Virus record (IMG/VR): IMGVR_UViG_3300035200_000096
Location: 1-26,741 of that record
Direction: 5' to 3' (one strand)
Length of the DNA: 26,741 bases
Source of the DNA: a virus
Lineage: Duplodnaviria; Caudoviricetes
Part shown: piece by piece, positions 16,128-25,635 of the stretch
Numbering within the stretch: position 1 is the stretch's first letter
How the letters are laid out: each line of letters opens with the position of its first letter
Position numbers and translations under genes: made by a program
Notes under the pieces: generated by a model
Databases searched by the model: none
The model's input: only the letters and a program-made list of their open reading frames with translations
What the model was told of the DNA's origin: nothing

Positions 16128-18697
16128 GCAGCAACACCGAACGCAAGACGTACATCCTCGACGTTCAGATGAAGCTGAACGAGGACATTCAGCGCGCCGT
16201 CGATCAACTCAATCGGATGGACGCGCAGGCGAGGTCTGCGAAGAAGGCACTCGAAGAAGCCTCCAAGTCGTTCAAGCTCGCAGGCGGAAGCGAAGAAGCC
16301 CTCAAGCAACTCACCTCGGGGTTGACCTCGCTCGGGCAGGCTGCGCAGGGCGCCGTCAATCCGATGGATGCGTGGGGCAAGGCCCTGCACGACTCCGTCG
16401 CGGAAGCCGAGCTGCTGGCGCCAAAGCTCAAGCTCGTCGAGACCAATCTCGCCGGCCTCGCATCAGCAGGGCAGCAGGGCACGGTCCAGTATCAGGTCAT
16501 GTCGCGCGAGGCGGCGAACCTGCGTGCGCAACTCGAACGGTTGAAGGGCGCCGGAGTCGGAGCGAAGACCCTCGGTGCGGAAGCCGAGATCGCGGCGCAG
16601 CAGTTCAAGTCGTGGAACCAGTCGCTGCTCGCCAACGTGGCGATCGCCTCGCAACTGCCGGCGCGCATCAAACAGGTCGAGACCGAGCTTGTTCGACTCA
16701 GCGCAGCCGGTCAACAGGGGTCGGGCGCGTTCCAGGCGTACTCGGCGGAACTACATCGGCTCCAGAACGAGCAGGCGGCGCTGCAACGCTCTGCCGCCGG
16801 CACGGCCGCTGGCTTCGGCACGCTGCGTGGACAGGTGCAGAACGCATCCTTCCAGATCACCGACTTCGTGGTCAGTGTGCAGAACGGCACCAAGGCGTCG
16901 GTGGCGTTGGGGCAGCAGTTGCCGCAGTTGCTCGGCGCCTTCGGTGCATTCGGCGCTGCCGCAGGGTTGGTGATCGCGCTCGGGGCTGCGCTCGCGGGAC
17001 CGTTCCTGAACTCGCTCCTGTCCGCGGGGGACGCGGCGGAGGAGTTCAACAAGGGCATCGGCAAGGTCGGCGATGCCATCGACCTTGCAACGCAGGCCAG
17101 CAAGGAAGCGAACTTCGATGACTTGATCAAGGAGTTCAATCGCTTGTCAGGGACGGCGAGGGAGGCGAGGCTCGAACTGCTCGGGGTTGCTCGGGCGATG
17201 GCCGAAGGCGAGTTGAACAAGGCGCAAAAGGCTTTCGAGGAGACCGTCAACGGGCTCGGCAAGGGGATTGGCGCGGCGATCCTTGGTCAGCGCAGTCTCT
17301 CCGATCAGGCATCGCGTGTCGGCGAAGAACTTGGCATCTCAGCCAGCAAGGCCGAAGACTTCATCGCGGCGGTTAAACAAGGGACCGCTGAAGGGGTGCT
17401 TTCGCAATTCGGGCAAGACCTTGCGCAAGGAAGCGACAAGGCTCGTGCTCTCGTCGCTGACCTCGTGAAAATCTCGAAGGCCACCCGCGACGTCTCAGAT
17501 CAACGAGCCCAACTGCTTGAGCTCGAGAAGCGCCTGTCAGCCGGCGGGGCCTCGGGGGTCGTGAAGACCACCAAGGAACTTGAGGATGCCCGCAAGAAGC
17601 AGGAAGACCTCATCAAGCGAGCCGCCGACGAGACGAAACGCCAGGAGGAAGCCCTCGCGGCCCTGCGCGTCGAGTACGTCAACCTCGTCGCTCCGCTGTC
17701 GAAGGTCGATGAGTTCCTGCTCAAAGAAGCCCTTGGTCTGGTCAAGCTCGCCGGAGCGCGACGCGAAGCGACACTCGAACTGCTGCGGGGGATCGACACC
17801 TACAAGCAATATGCCGACCGGGTGCGTGAAGGTGACAAGGCGATCGAGGAGCAACTTCAACGCGAGGAGAGGCTGCGCGAGGCCAATCGTCGGCGCAACG
17901 AGGAGCAGCAACGCTTCATCGACAGCTACGACAAGGAAGGTGCCGCCGCGCGCAAGTTTGCGGACGACTTGGCGCGCATCGACGAGTTGTTCTTCAACGG
18001 CTTCGTGAGTGGTGAGCAGTACCAGCGCATGCTTGCGAACATCACCGGCCAGACCAAGGCAGCGACGAAGGCAACCAACGAAGCCGAGAAGGCCCTGGAG
18101 AAGATCAGCGACCAGATCACCGCGAGCGTCGCCAGCAGCTTCAACAAGCTCATCGAGAGCATTGGCACCGCGAAGTTCTCATTCAGTGACTTCGCGCGAG
18201 CGTTCGTGTTCGACATGGTGAAGATCATCAACCAGATTCTGATCTTCACCCCGCTGGCCGAGGCGATGAAGAAGGTGATCAAGGAGATGAGTGACGCCTT
18301 TGACAAGGCGGGTGGGTTCAGCGGCATTCTGGGCAGCCTCGGCAACATCTTCAGCGGCGGCATCGGCTCGCTGCCCTACTCCGCGGGTGGCGGGTTCATT
18401 GGTGGTGTCAGCGGGCCGGCAGTCGCTCCGATGGTGAGCGCCTTCTCAACGGCCCGCCTCGCGGACGCTTCGCGCTCCCTGGTCAGCGGGAGCACCGCCG
18501 GCCGGTACGGCACGAGCCTCAACGTGACCGTGAACAATACCGTGCCCGGGGTCGAGGTCGAGACGCGGCAAACTGACGAGGGGCTGACCATCGACATCGT
18601 CCGGCGGGCGCTGGTGCAGGACATCCGGCGCGGTGGCAATGCCGTGGCGTCGGCGCTCCAGGGTGTCTATGGCCTGAACCGGGCCGCCGCGAGGTAG
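16124..18697 (+). CDS. tail tape measure protein
   Basis: 857 aa Ala-rich helical; QVQNASFQITDFVVSVQNG...LGQQLPQL (TMP_2-type motif). Confidence 0.95.
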   Translation: MSSNTERKTYILDVQMKLNEDIQRAVDQLNRMDAQARSAKKALEEASKSFKLAGGSEEALKQLTSGLTSLGQAAQGAVNPMDAWGKALHDSVAEAELLAPKLKLVETNLAGLASAGQQGTVQYQVMSREAANLRAQLERLKGAGVGAKTLGAEAEIAAQQFKSWNQSLLANVAIASQLPARIKQVETELVRLSAAGQQGSGAFQAYSAELHRLQNEQAALQRSAAGTAAGFGTLRGQVQNASFQITDFVVSVQNGTKASVALGQQLPQLLGAFGAFGAAAGLVIALGAALAGPFLNSLLSAGDAAEEFNKGIGKVGDAIDLATQASKEANFDDLIKEFNRLSGTAREARLELLGVARAMAEGELNKAQKAFEETVNGLGKGIGAAILGQRSLSDQASRVGEELGISASKAEDFIAAVKQGTAEGVLSQFGQDLAQGSDKARALVADLVKISKATRDVSDQRAQLLELEKRLSAGGASGVVKTTKELEDARKKQEDLIKRAADETKRQEEALAALRVEYVNLVAPLSKVDEFLLKEALGLVKLAGARREATLELLRGIDTYKQYADRVREGDKAIEEQLQREERLREANRRRNEEQQRFIDSYDKEGAAARKFADDLARIDELFFNGFVSGEQYQRMLANITGQTKAATKATNEAEKALEKISDQITASVASSFNKLIESIGTAKFSFSDFARAFVFDMVKIINQILIFTPLAEAMKKVIKEMSDAFDKAGGFSGILGSLGNIFSGGIGSLPYSAGGGFIGGVSGPAVAPMVSAFSTARLADASRSLVSGSTAGRYGTSLNVTVNNTVPGVEVETRQTDEGLTIDIVRRALVQDIRRGGNAVASALQGVYGLNRAAAR

Positions 18698-18700
18698 AGC

Positions 18701-19204
18701 ATGGCGAACTCCCCCACAGCAGCACTGCGACGCGCCTGGGCCAGCGCGCCGCACGGCGTCTTCCTGGTCGAGACGCTGGAGTTGTCGCACCCGCTGTTCT
18801 CGAAGGTGTGGCGCCTCGTGAATGCGATGGATCAGGTCGTGGCGACGCTGGAGGGTGGGGGCTCTGGGGTGTTCCAGCCGGTCGCCTTCCAGGTCCAGTT
18901 GCCCCCGAGCGACGCGCAGGGCGGACAGTTGCTGACGGTGGTCGTGGCGAACTTCGGACGCATCATCCGCGACGAGATCGAGGCCGCCGCCAAAGACCCG
19001 GATCAGCGCATGTCGCTGACCTATCGCCTCTACCTGTCGAACGCACTGACGGAGCCGCAGACCGCCCCGATCAAGCTCAGTGTCGATACCATCGCCATGA
19101 CCAACGAGAGCATCACGCTTCAGGCCGGTCGCAGCGACACCCTCAACATGCCCTTCCCGAGCACCGTCTATGACATCGTCAAGTTTCCAGGACTTGATCG
19201 GTAA
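18701..19204 (+). CDS. DUF1833-family minor tail protein
   Basis: VETLELSHP, TYRLYLS, LN.PFP..VY....FPGL. Confidence 0.85.
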   Translation: MANSPTAALRRAWASAPHGVFLVETLELSHPLFSKVWRLVNAMDQVVATLEGGGSGVFQPVAFQVQLPPSDAQGGQLLTVVVANFGRIIRDEIEAAAKDPDQRMSLTYRLYLSNALTEPQTAPIKLSVDTIAMTNESITLQAGRSDTLNMPFPSTVYDIVKFPGLDR

Positions 19205-19565
19205 GGGCTACCGGATCGGCGCCTCCGGCCCTGACGAGTACGACTGCTGGTCGCTCGCGGTCGAGGCGACGCGCCGTCTGGGTGGCAAGGTGCTGCCGCT
19301 GTGGCAGGTCGAGCAGATGACCCGCTGCGATGTCCTGCGGGCATTCAGGGAGCACCGCGAGGAGATCGACGCCGAAGTGGTCGTCGGCGAGACGATGACC
19401 GGCGACCTCGTGTGCGACGTTCGCCGCGGTCACATCGGCGTGCTGGTGCGCGGTGGGTACGATGCCGTGCTCCACGCCTCCCGCGAGCGCGGCCAAGTGG
19501 TGCTCGAAAGGCTGGACGACTTCCGGCGGACATTCCCCGGAGCCGAGGTGTACCGATGCGCGTGA
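19170..19565 (+). CDS. NlpC/P60 tail tip assembly protein
   Basis: GPDEYDCWSL (Cys), HIGV (His), VLHA. Confidence 0.9.
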   Translation: MTSSSFQDLIGKGYRIGASGPDEYDCWSLAVEATRRLGGKVLPLWQVEQMTRCDVLRAFREHREEIDAEVVVGETMTGDLVCDVRRGHIGVLVRGGYDAVLHASRERGQVVLERLDDFRRTFPGAEVYRCA

Positions 19566-21946
19566 CCCTGATCAGCAACATCCTGCGACCGTCGGAGCGC
19601 GAGACCCACGATCTGCCGGACGACACCGACGTCGCGGCCTGGGCGTCGGAGCGGCATCAGGGCCGCGTGCATGTCGAGTGGCTCGGCGACGACGAGGCGC
19701 TGGCGATCGTCTACCCGGCGATGGACCCGATCTTCTGGGTCAAGCTCGCCATCGCCATCGCCATCAACTTCGCCGTGCAGAAGTTGCTGGCGAAGCCCAA
19801 CAAGCCCACCTCGGCGCAGCGCCCGGATGCGAGCCCGACCTACAGCCTCGCCATCGCTCAGAACTCGGCACGTCTGGGAGCCCCTGTCCCGTGCATCTAT
19901 GGGTCAGTGGTGATGACGCCGGACTACGCGGCGCAGCCGGTGTTCTATTACCGGGCCAACGAGCAGTTCGGTGAGTTCCTGTTCTGCCTGGGGCATGGGG
20001 TGGTCGATGTCACCGAGGTCATCATCGGGCAGACGGTGGCGTCGGCGTTCCCGCCGGGGATCGTGGACTACCGGGTGTTCCACCCCGCGGATCACGCCAA
20101 GCTGTTCGGCCGCGTGGAGTCCGTCTTCGGTGTCCGCGAGAACACGGTCAGTTCCATCGACGTGGCGAACCAGGAACTGCTCGCCCCGAACTCGAACGCC
20201 GTGCCCATCTACCCCGAGTGGTACTGGAAGCAGGTCTCGTACAACACAGGCGGCGCGACAGGCAGCGGCATCGACCTCACGGGCATCCCCATTGAGGGGT
20301 TCTTCGCCGCGCTGCCATCGGTGCCCCGTCCCGCTGACGGCACGCCGGCCAGCGGCTTCCAGTCGTGGACGCACCCTGAATCCGGTCAGGTTGTCTACGA
20401 TCAGTGGACCTGGGTGGCCGAATCGCCCTACGTCCACGGGGTTAGCGTCGGGGTGATCCCGCCGATCGGCACGGGCGGCGGGACATCGGCGCCGCAGTGG
20501 ATGGGACCATTCGAGACCTGCAAGACCGGCCGGCGGGGGACGCGCCTCGAACTGGACTTCGTGTTCCCGGGCGGCCTCTACGCGATGATCAACAACGGCG
20601 AGATCGGCGGCAGGACGGTCGAGGTGAAGGTCGAAGCCATCAACACCACGACCCAGGTGGCGACGCAGTGGACCGAGTCTTTCGTCGGCACGACCCCGAC
20701 CCCGCTGCGCTTCAGCCGCGAGAAGGTGCTGCCGCTGGCGCGCTACCTTGTCCGCGTGCATCGGGTGACCGACACCGATCAGCGGGTGGACACCCAGGAT
20801 CAGGTGCTGTGGACCGGGATGAAGTTCGACCTGGAGCCCGTAACCACGCCGGTCTACGGGGATGTCACACTGCTCGCGGTCAAGATGCAGGCCACGAATG
20901 GGGTCTCGGACGCTGGCTCGTCCCGGGTCCGTGTCAGAGCCAGCCGGCGGCTCCCGCCGCTCGGCGCCGGCACGCTGGCGCAGGCGTCGAACCCGGCTGA
21001 CGTGGCAATGGACATCGTCATGGCGAGCTATGGCGGGCGCAGGCCGCGGGATGACGCTGAGTTCGACCTCGCGGCCTTCACCGAAGCCAAGACCCGCTGG
21101 ACGGGGCACAACGGCTTCAATGCCGTTTTCGACCAGCGCATCACGGTTTGGGAAGCCCTGGTGCTGTCGATGCAGACCGTCGCGGCGACACCTCTGCCGA
21201 TGGGCTCGCGTCTGAGCATCGCCCACGACTGCGTGAAGTCGAGCCGGGTGCAGATGTTCTCGGACATGAACATCGTCCCCGGCACGCTGACATTCCAGTA
21301 TCGCTTCCGCGCCGTGAGCGACCCTGCGGGGATCAAGGTGGCCTATCGTGACCCACAGAATTTCGATCCACTGTTCTACACCGACCTGCCCAACAGCGAC
21401 GACGTCGAGTCTGTCGAGTTGTTCGGATGCTCCAGCGCCGTCGTGGCGCAGCAGTACGGCACCCTGATCAAGAACCGGCGCAAGCTCACCCGTACCGTCA
21501 CCTTCGAGACCGAGTACGAGGCCCTGGTGGCTCGTCACGGTGACCGCATCGGGGTGTCCGCGGGCATGATGGATTGGGGCACCTCGGGGCGCGTGGTCGC
21601 CGTCAATGGGCTGACCCTGGTGTCGGACGTTCCGCTGACCTGGGTCGCGGGGCAGACCTACTACGTCCTGCTCAGGAGCCCGGAGGGGGTGCCCTTCCAG
21701 GTCGGCCCGGTCACGCAGGGGGTCGATGCCAGCGAGATCGTGCTGCCCTCGTGGCCCTTCACTCCGATTGCCTACGGGGCCACCGAGGAGCCGACGCAGT
21801 TCGTGTTCGGCACGCTGACCAAGTTGGTCACCGACTGGATCGTCACCGAGATCAACCCCAGCGACGAACGTGTGTCGGTCACCGCCGAGGAGTACAGCAC
21901 CGCGGCCTACACCGGGGCCATGCCCCATCAACTGACGCCGATATGA
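19556..21946 (+). CDS. central tail tip / host-specificity protein (gpJ-like)
   Basis: NSARLGAPVPCIYG, LDFVFPGGL, SNPADVAMD, FNAVFDQ motifs; 796 aa. Confidence 0.88.
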   Translation: MRVTLISNILRPSERETHDLPDDTDVAAWASERHQGRVHVEWLGDDEALAIVYPAMDPIFWVKLAIAIAINFAVQKLLAKPNKPTSAQRPDASPTYSLAIAQNSARLGAPVPCIYGSVVMTPDYAAQPVFYYRANEQFGEFLFCLGHGVVDVTEVIIGQTVASAFPPGIVDYRVFHPADHAKLFGRVESVFGVRENTVSSIDVANQELLAPNSNAVPIYPEWYWKQVSYNTGGATGSGIDLTGIPIEGFFAALPSVPRPADGTPASGFQSWTHPESGQVVYDQWTWVAESPYVHGVSVGVIPPIGTGGGTSAPQWMGPFETCKTGRRGTRLELDFVFPGGLYAMINNGEIGGRTVEVKVEAINTTTQVATQWTESFVGTTPTPLRFSREKVLPLARYLVRVHRVTDTDQRVDTQDQVLWTGMKFDLEPVTTPVYGDVTLLAVKMQATNGVSDAGSSRVRVRASRRLPPLGAGTLAQASNPADVAMDIVMASYGGRRPRDDAEFDLAAFTEAKTRWTGHNGFNAVFDQRITVWEALVLSMQTVAATPLPMGSRLSIAHDCVKSSRVQMFSDMNIVPGTLTFQYRFRAVSDPAGIKVAYRDPQNFDPLFYTDLPNSDDVESVELFGCSSAVVAQQYGTLIKNRRKLTRTVTFETEYEALVARHGDRIGVSAGMMDWGTSGRVVAVNGLTLVSDVPLTWVAGQTYYVLLRSPEGVPFQVGPVTQGVDASEIVLPSWPFTPIAYGATEEPTQFVFGTLTKLVTDWIVTEINPSDERVSVTAEEYSTAAYTGAMPHQLTPI

Positions 21947-22935
21947 ACGCTTGGCCCTCCGACTTCCCATGCGCGCAGATCAGCGGCTGGAACGAGGCTG
22001 TCGATACCGCTGTCGTCGGCCTGAGCCCAGCGACACTGCCGCCCGACTACGCGCGCATGAACAAGCGATTCATGCACGAGACCACCGTGTCGTGGATCGT
22101 GTCCCAGGCCGAGCTTCAGGTCGTGCAACCCTGGTTAAACGCCGAGGGGTACACATGGTTCAGCATGCCGCTGCCTGGGTGGAAGGCCGGCGTGAACTCC
22201 CTGATCGTGCGCCTCATCGACGACTTGCAGTTGTCGGTCGTCAGGACCGAGACGGGACTGCACTGGCGCATCTCGACGCGGCTGGAGTATCAGCCGATCA
22301 ACTCCGAGAAGGTTGATCCGCTGAACCCTGCGTACCTGTGGCAGCCGACGTCAGTCAACCTCAAGAACAACATCGGGGACGGGGTGACGTTCAGTGGCGG
22401 CAATCAGGTTCTGAAGTGGGTGTCGCCTTCAAACTCGGGGACATTCTTCTACGACTACCTCGTCACGCCCATCAGCGGCAAGAAGTATTGCGAGTTCACC
22501 CCGCTCGACTACAGCACTCCGGCGCACATCAGCTACGGGGTGCATGAAGACGGTTCCACACTGTTCTATAACACTAAGGAAGGTGTTGCCATCTTCAGTG
22601 GTCAAGTCGGGTGCGGTCTCGTGGCGAACGGCTACTACGCGAAGGCCGGATTAAATCCCGGAGTCACTCCGAAGTTCGGCTCAGGGGACCGCATCGGAAT
22701 CGCGGTCGATGCCGCGACCCGCAAGGTGTGGTTCAGCAAGAACGGGGTATGGCTGACTGGTGACCCGGCGACGGGCGTCAACCCGTTGGCAATCGTCGGG
22801 GGAACGCTGCCGCTGTACTACGAGGCGAGTTCCTACGTGTGCAACACCACGACCGCGGCGCGGCATGTGGTCTACCCGCGGGGGTCGGGGCAGCAGTACG
22901 CCGCCCCAGCGGGATTCAGCCCGTATCACCCATGA
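21943..22935 (+). CDS. distal-tail-like N-domain fused to a SPRY domain
   Basis: N-term WPSDFPC...WF.MPL; C-term SGKKYCEF...GDRIGIAVD...KVWFSKNG. Confidence 0.7.
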   Translation: MNAWPSDFPCAQISGWNEAVDTAVVGLSPATLPPDYARMNKRFMHETTVSWIVSQAELQVVQPWLNAEGYTWFSMPLPGWKAGVNSLIVRLIDDLQLSVVRTETGLHWRISTRLEYQPINSEKVDPLNPAYLWQPTSVNLKNNIGDGVTFSGGNQVLKWVSPSNSGTFFYDYLVTPISGKKYCEFTPLDYSTPAHISYGVHEDGSTLFYNTKEGVAIFSGQVGCGLVANGYYAKAGLNPGVTPKFGSGDRIGIAVDAATRKVWFSKNGVWLTGDPATGVNPLAIVGGTLPLYYEASSYVCNTTTAARHVVYPRGSGQQYAAPAGFSPYHP

Positions 22936-24026
22936 TCACTTGGCCTTCGACCTTCCCGTGCCCGCTGATCGAGGGCACGACCTACACCGCGGGCATGGGT
23001 GTCAACCGCACCAAGTTTGTCGGCGGCAACAGTCGTGTGCGTCGCACCCAGGCGCGCATGCCGCACTTGATGCGGTTGTCGTTCTACGCGACGCAGGCCC
23101 AGCGCGAGGCGATGCTCGACTGGCTCAAGGAGCATGTCGGGGAACTGATCGACCTGAAGCTGCCCACCTACAAGGGCTATGCCTCGACGCCCATCCGCAT
23201 CGTCTCGGAGCTTTCCTGGGAGCCTGTGTTGACCGGGGGTAGCTGGGCGTGGCAGTTGTCGCTGGATGCCGTGTGGGTGCCGCCAGCGCCGCCCAGCAAC
23301 CCGTCGATGCTGAACTACGTCTCGTGGATGTTCCTGTTCGAGAACGACATCCCGTCAGCGGGCTCGCTGCGCCGCGAGTACAAGTCCAACACGGTGGCAA
23401 CCGTTGGGCAGTCGGACGGCACGCCGGCTGGCACGATCACGTCCAGCGCAGACACCCCCTTCGGGGCGAACTGCGCCGACTTCTCTGGCGGCATCTACAC
23501 CTTCCTCGGCTGCTCCGGCACGCTGCCGTCGGTGCCTTCGGACTTCCACCCTCACAGCACACCATACTGCTGTGACCTGTGGATCAAGCCGGACCCCGGG
23601 ACGAACATATCCGGGTTGATCGGCGACGACTCAGCGCAGGGCGCGAACACCTGGAACTTCTACTCGGTTCTGAACCACGGCACCGGGGTCGTCCAGGTGT
23701 CGTTCCGCAAGACGAGCACGGTCACCGAGGCGATGACAAGCCCAGGTGGCGCGGTCAAGATGGATCAGTGGCAGCACGTCGCCTTCTGCGGCAACGGCGC
23801 CGGGGCTCATGCCTTGTATGTGAACGGCGTGCAGGTCGCCACCAAGACCACGACCGGCGGCGCGCCGATGGCCGGCACCCGGTTCAACGTCGGCGCGCAC
23901 AACCCGGCGCAACCAGGATTCGACCGGAGCTACACCGGGCGCATGAAGGCCGCGCGCTGCACGGTCGGGCATCAACGATGGGTCGCTGGGTTCACGCCGC
24001 CGTCGAGCCTGGAGGAGTACCTCTAG
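22932..24026 (+). CDS. distal-tail-like N-domain fused to a LamG/ConA lectin domain
   Basis: N-term WPSTFPCP...GGNSRVRR; C-term DLWIKP, QWQHVAF, LYVNG, FTPP. Confidence 0.75.
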   Translation: MITWPSTFPCPLIEGTTYTAGMGVNRTKFVGGNSRVRRTQARMPHLMRLSFYATQAQREAMLDWLKEHVGELIDLKLPTYKGYASTPIRIVSELSWEPVLTGGSWAWQLSLDAVWVPPAPPSNPSMLNYVSWMFLFENDIPSAGSLRREYKSNTVATVGQSDGTPAGTITSSADTPFGANCADFSGGIYTFLGCSGTLPSVPSDFHPHSTPYCCDLWIKPDPGTNISGLIGDDSAQGANTWNFYSVLNHGTGVVQVSFRKTSTVTEAMTSPGGAVKMDQWQHVAFCGNGAGAHALYVNGVQVATKTTTGGAPMAGTRFNVGAHNPAQPGFDRSYTGRMKAARCTVGHQRWVAGFTPPSSLEEYL

Positions 24027-24232
24027 AGCAGCATCGCCGCCGTCACGCACCCAGCCACGAACAGGCCGAGCAGGAAGCCCAGCGCGAACGCTTGCCCGTG
24101 CTGCGCCAGGGCCTGTGCCAGCGTGCGGAACCGTGACAGCGGGCGACGGTAGGGTCCGCTGACGCTGCCGACATAGTTCATGCGACTCGGGCCGTCTAGG
24201 CGGTTCGAGAAGGTGCTGTAGTTGCGAATCAT
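24023..24232 (-). CDS. small membrane protein (69 aa)
   Basis: MIRNYST...; C-terminal hydrophobic helix; ATGA overlap. Confidence 0.6.
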   Translation of the reverse strand: MIRNYSTFSNRLDGPSRMNYVGSVSGPYRRPLSRFRTLAQALAQHGQAFALGFLLGLFVAGCVTAAMLL

Positions 24233-24552
24233 GGATTCACCTTCAACCATTGCGCCGACCGCAGCAGCGGCTTCAAGTCCCAAGGCCGCACGTTGATGCA
24301 GCCGTTGGTGACCTGGGAGCGGATACCCGGCGTCATCTTGTAGAAGCCCTCGCGGCCCGGGACGGTTGCATGGATGGCGAAGACCTCGCCGCGCTCCCAA
24401 TCGAACTGGAACGCGAGGTAGTCACCCATCTTCATGTCTCGCCCGTGCTGGAGCGGGAACAGACCGATCGGGGTGCTCTTGCCGGCCAGCACGGGCACAC
24501 ACTCACCCTCGAAGCACAGCAGCGCCGCCGACAGCAGCAGTTCTGCGATCAT
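24229..24552 (-). CDS. L,D-transpeptidase-like (YkuD) protein with signal peptide (107 aa)
   Basis: MIAELLLSAALLC; TP.G.F; FAIH...VTNGCINV catalytic His/Cys motif. Confidence 0.75.
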   Translation of the reverse strand: MIAELLLSAALLCFEGECVPVLAGKSTPIGLFPLQHGRDMKMGDYLAFQFDWERGEVFAIHATVPGREGFYKMTPGIRSQVTNGCINVRPWDLKPLLRSAQWLKVNP

Positions 24553-24725
24553 TCTTTGGGTCTCCACTCGAACGTCTGGACGATAGGTGTCGGGGGCAGG
24601 TTCGGCCGGATCACGAGAATGGTGACCTCCAGGCGCGGCGGCTCGCCGGCCTTGAGATAGAGCGTGGCCTCGCGGGCGTTGAGCGGGATGCCCAACGCCG
24701 TTGCGATGTCGAGATTGATCTTCAT
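24549..24725 (-). CDS. hypothetical protein (58 aa)
   Basis: MKINLDIATALG...; AAGGGGAG RBS; ATGA overlaps at both ends. Confidence 0.65.
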   Translation of the reverse strand: MKINLDIATALGIPLNAREATLYLKAGEPPRLEVTILVIRPNLPPTPIVQTFEWRPKE

Positions 24726-24817
24726 GTACTCCCCTTGGTCGCGCGCAGCCACGAGTAACGCTGCGCATCAGTCATCGCATCGCGCAGACACTGCGCCAGT
24801 TCGCCGTGCCCATCCAT
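24722..24817 (-). CDS. short ORF or gene remnant (31 aa)
   Basis: MDGHGELAQCLRDAMTDAQRYSWLRATKGST; resembles the DAxRYxWLR motif of small phage proteins; begins in the eroded attC arm. Confidence 0.4.
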   Translation of the reverse strand: MDGHGELAQCLRDAMTDAQRYSWLRATKGST

Positions 24818-24862
24818 CGCCAGCCGACTGCCTACGGCAGCGGCTGAACTCCGACGTTAGGC
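24808..24862 (+). other. attC-like site 1 (left boundary; R''/L'' eroded)
   Basis: stem CAGCCG-A-CTGCC-TAC-GGCAG-CGGCTG; L' GCTGAAC, 6 nt, R' GTTAGGC; no RYYYAAC at the expected place. Confidence 0.7.
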
Positions 24863-25183
24863 CCTGCTCAATGCGTGGTGCCGCTTGGCGCATGGGTGCG
24901 TGCCAGGATTGAAATATCCGGGGCCGTTGTATCCGCAGCAGAAACACGGCGCATCGTCCATCGCCCCGCGCGCAAACAGCAAGTCCTGCAACCGCTCAAT
25001 CTCGGCAGCAGCCTGCAAGGCTCGGCGTCGCTTCTGCGCTTGGCTGTAGGCTTTCAGGTTCTGCGCAAGGTGTCGTAGTTCGCGCGGCAGTTCGCTCGGC
25101 TTCGGATCAAGCGGCCTAACCCCGCCATCGAGCGGAGAGTCAACGGCAGGCGCGGCCGTCTCGCGTTGGTCAGGTTTGCTCAT
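24857..25183 (-). CDS. cassette A protein: coiled coil plus Cys/His motif (108 aa)
   Basis: AAAEIERL; PCFCCGYNGPGY...THPC; start and GGGAGA RBS inside attC-2, stop in the core of site 1. Confidence 0.75.
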   Translation of the reverse strand: MSKPDQRETAAPAVDSPLDGGVRPLDPKPSELPRELRHLAQNLKAYSQAQKRRRALQAAAEIERLQDLLFARGAMDDAPCFCCGYNGPGYFNPGTHPCAKRHHALSRA

Positions 25184-25216
25184 GCCGTTGTCTCCCGCTC
25201 ATGGCGAACGTTAGGC
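25114..25216 (+). other. attC site 2 (complete, 103 bp)
   Basis: R'' GCCTAAC, 5 nt, L'' CATCGAGC ... L' GCTCATG, 6 nt, R' GTTAGGC; extra C in L'' and extra A in the stem. Confidence 0.92.
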
Positions 25217-25588
25217 GCTTGCGCGTCGAGCCGGCGCCGTGTCAATGTGTGCCAGCGCATCCATCACGGCCTGAACCCTGTCATCCCGGGCGCTAATCGT
25301 GCCGTGGTATCCGAGCGGTGCCATCATCGCGTCAACTGCATTCCGCAGCAGCATCAGGTCGTTTTCACGCTTGTTCAGCGTTCTTGCTAGCGTGTCTCGC
25401 ATGCGCTCACACTCGTCTAGGTCGTTCGCCAGCTTAGTACGCCATTCAAGATGCTCTGTTCGTTCCTTGGCGATGAAGTCAACCTCACGCCAGGCCCGTG
25501 TGGCCTCTTGTCTGAGGATTTTGCGCTCGTCCATCAATCTGTCGTACTCGTCGCCGCTTAGCCGTACAACATCTGCTGCCCTGGTCAT
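25211..25588 (-). CDS. cassette B coiled-coil protein (125 aa)
   Basis: AAAGGA RBS; stop TAA in the R' of attC-2. Confidence 0.75.
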   Translation of the reverse strand: MTRAADVVRLSGDEYDRLMDERKILRQEATRAWREVDFIAKERTEHLEWRTKLANDLDECERMRDTLARTLNKRENDLMLLRNAVDAMMAPLGYHGTISARDDRVQAVMDALAHIDTAPARRASA

Positions 25589-25615
25589 CGCCGTCCTTTC
25601 GCTTTTCCGCCACGC

Positions 25616-25635
25616 GCCTAACTTCGACGTTAGAC
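25616..25635 (+). other. collapsed attC site 3 (20 bp)
   Basis: GCCTAAC-TTCGAC-GTTAGAC; L boxes and stem missing. Confidence 0.75.

Noticed and set aside
21943-24026. Diversity-generating retroelement targeting tail proteins
   Set aside because: No reverse transcriptase and no template/variable repeat pair seen in the window.
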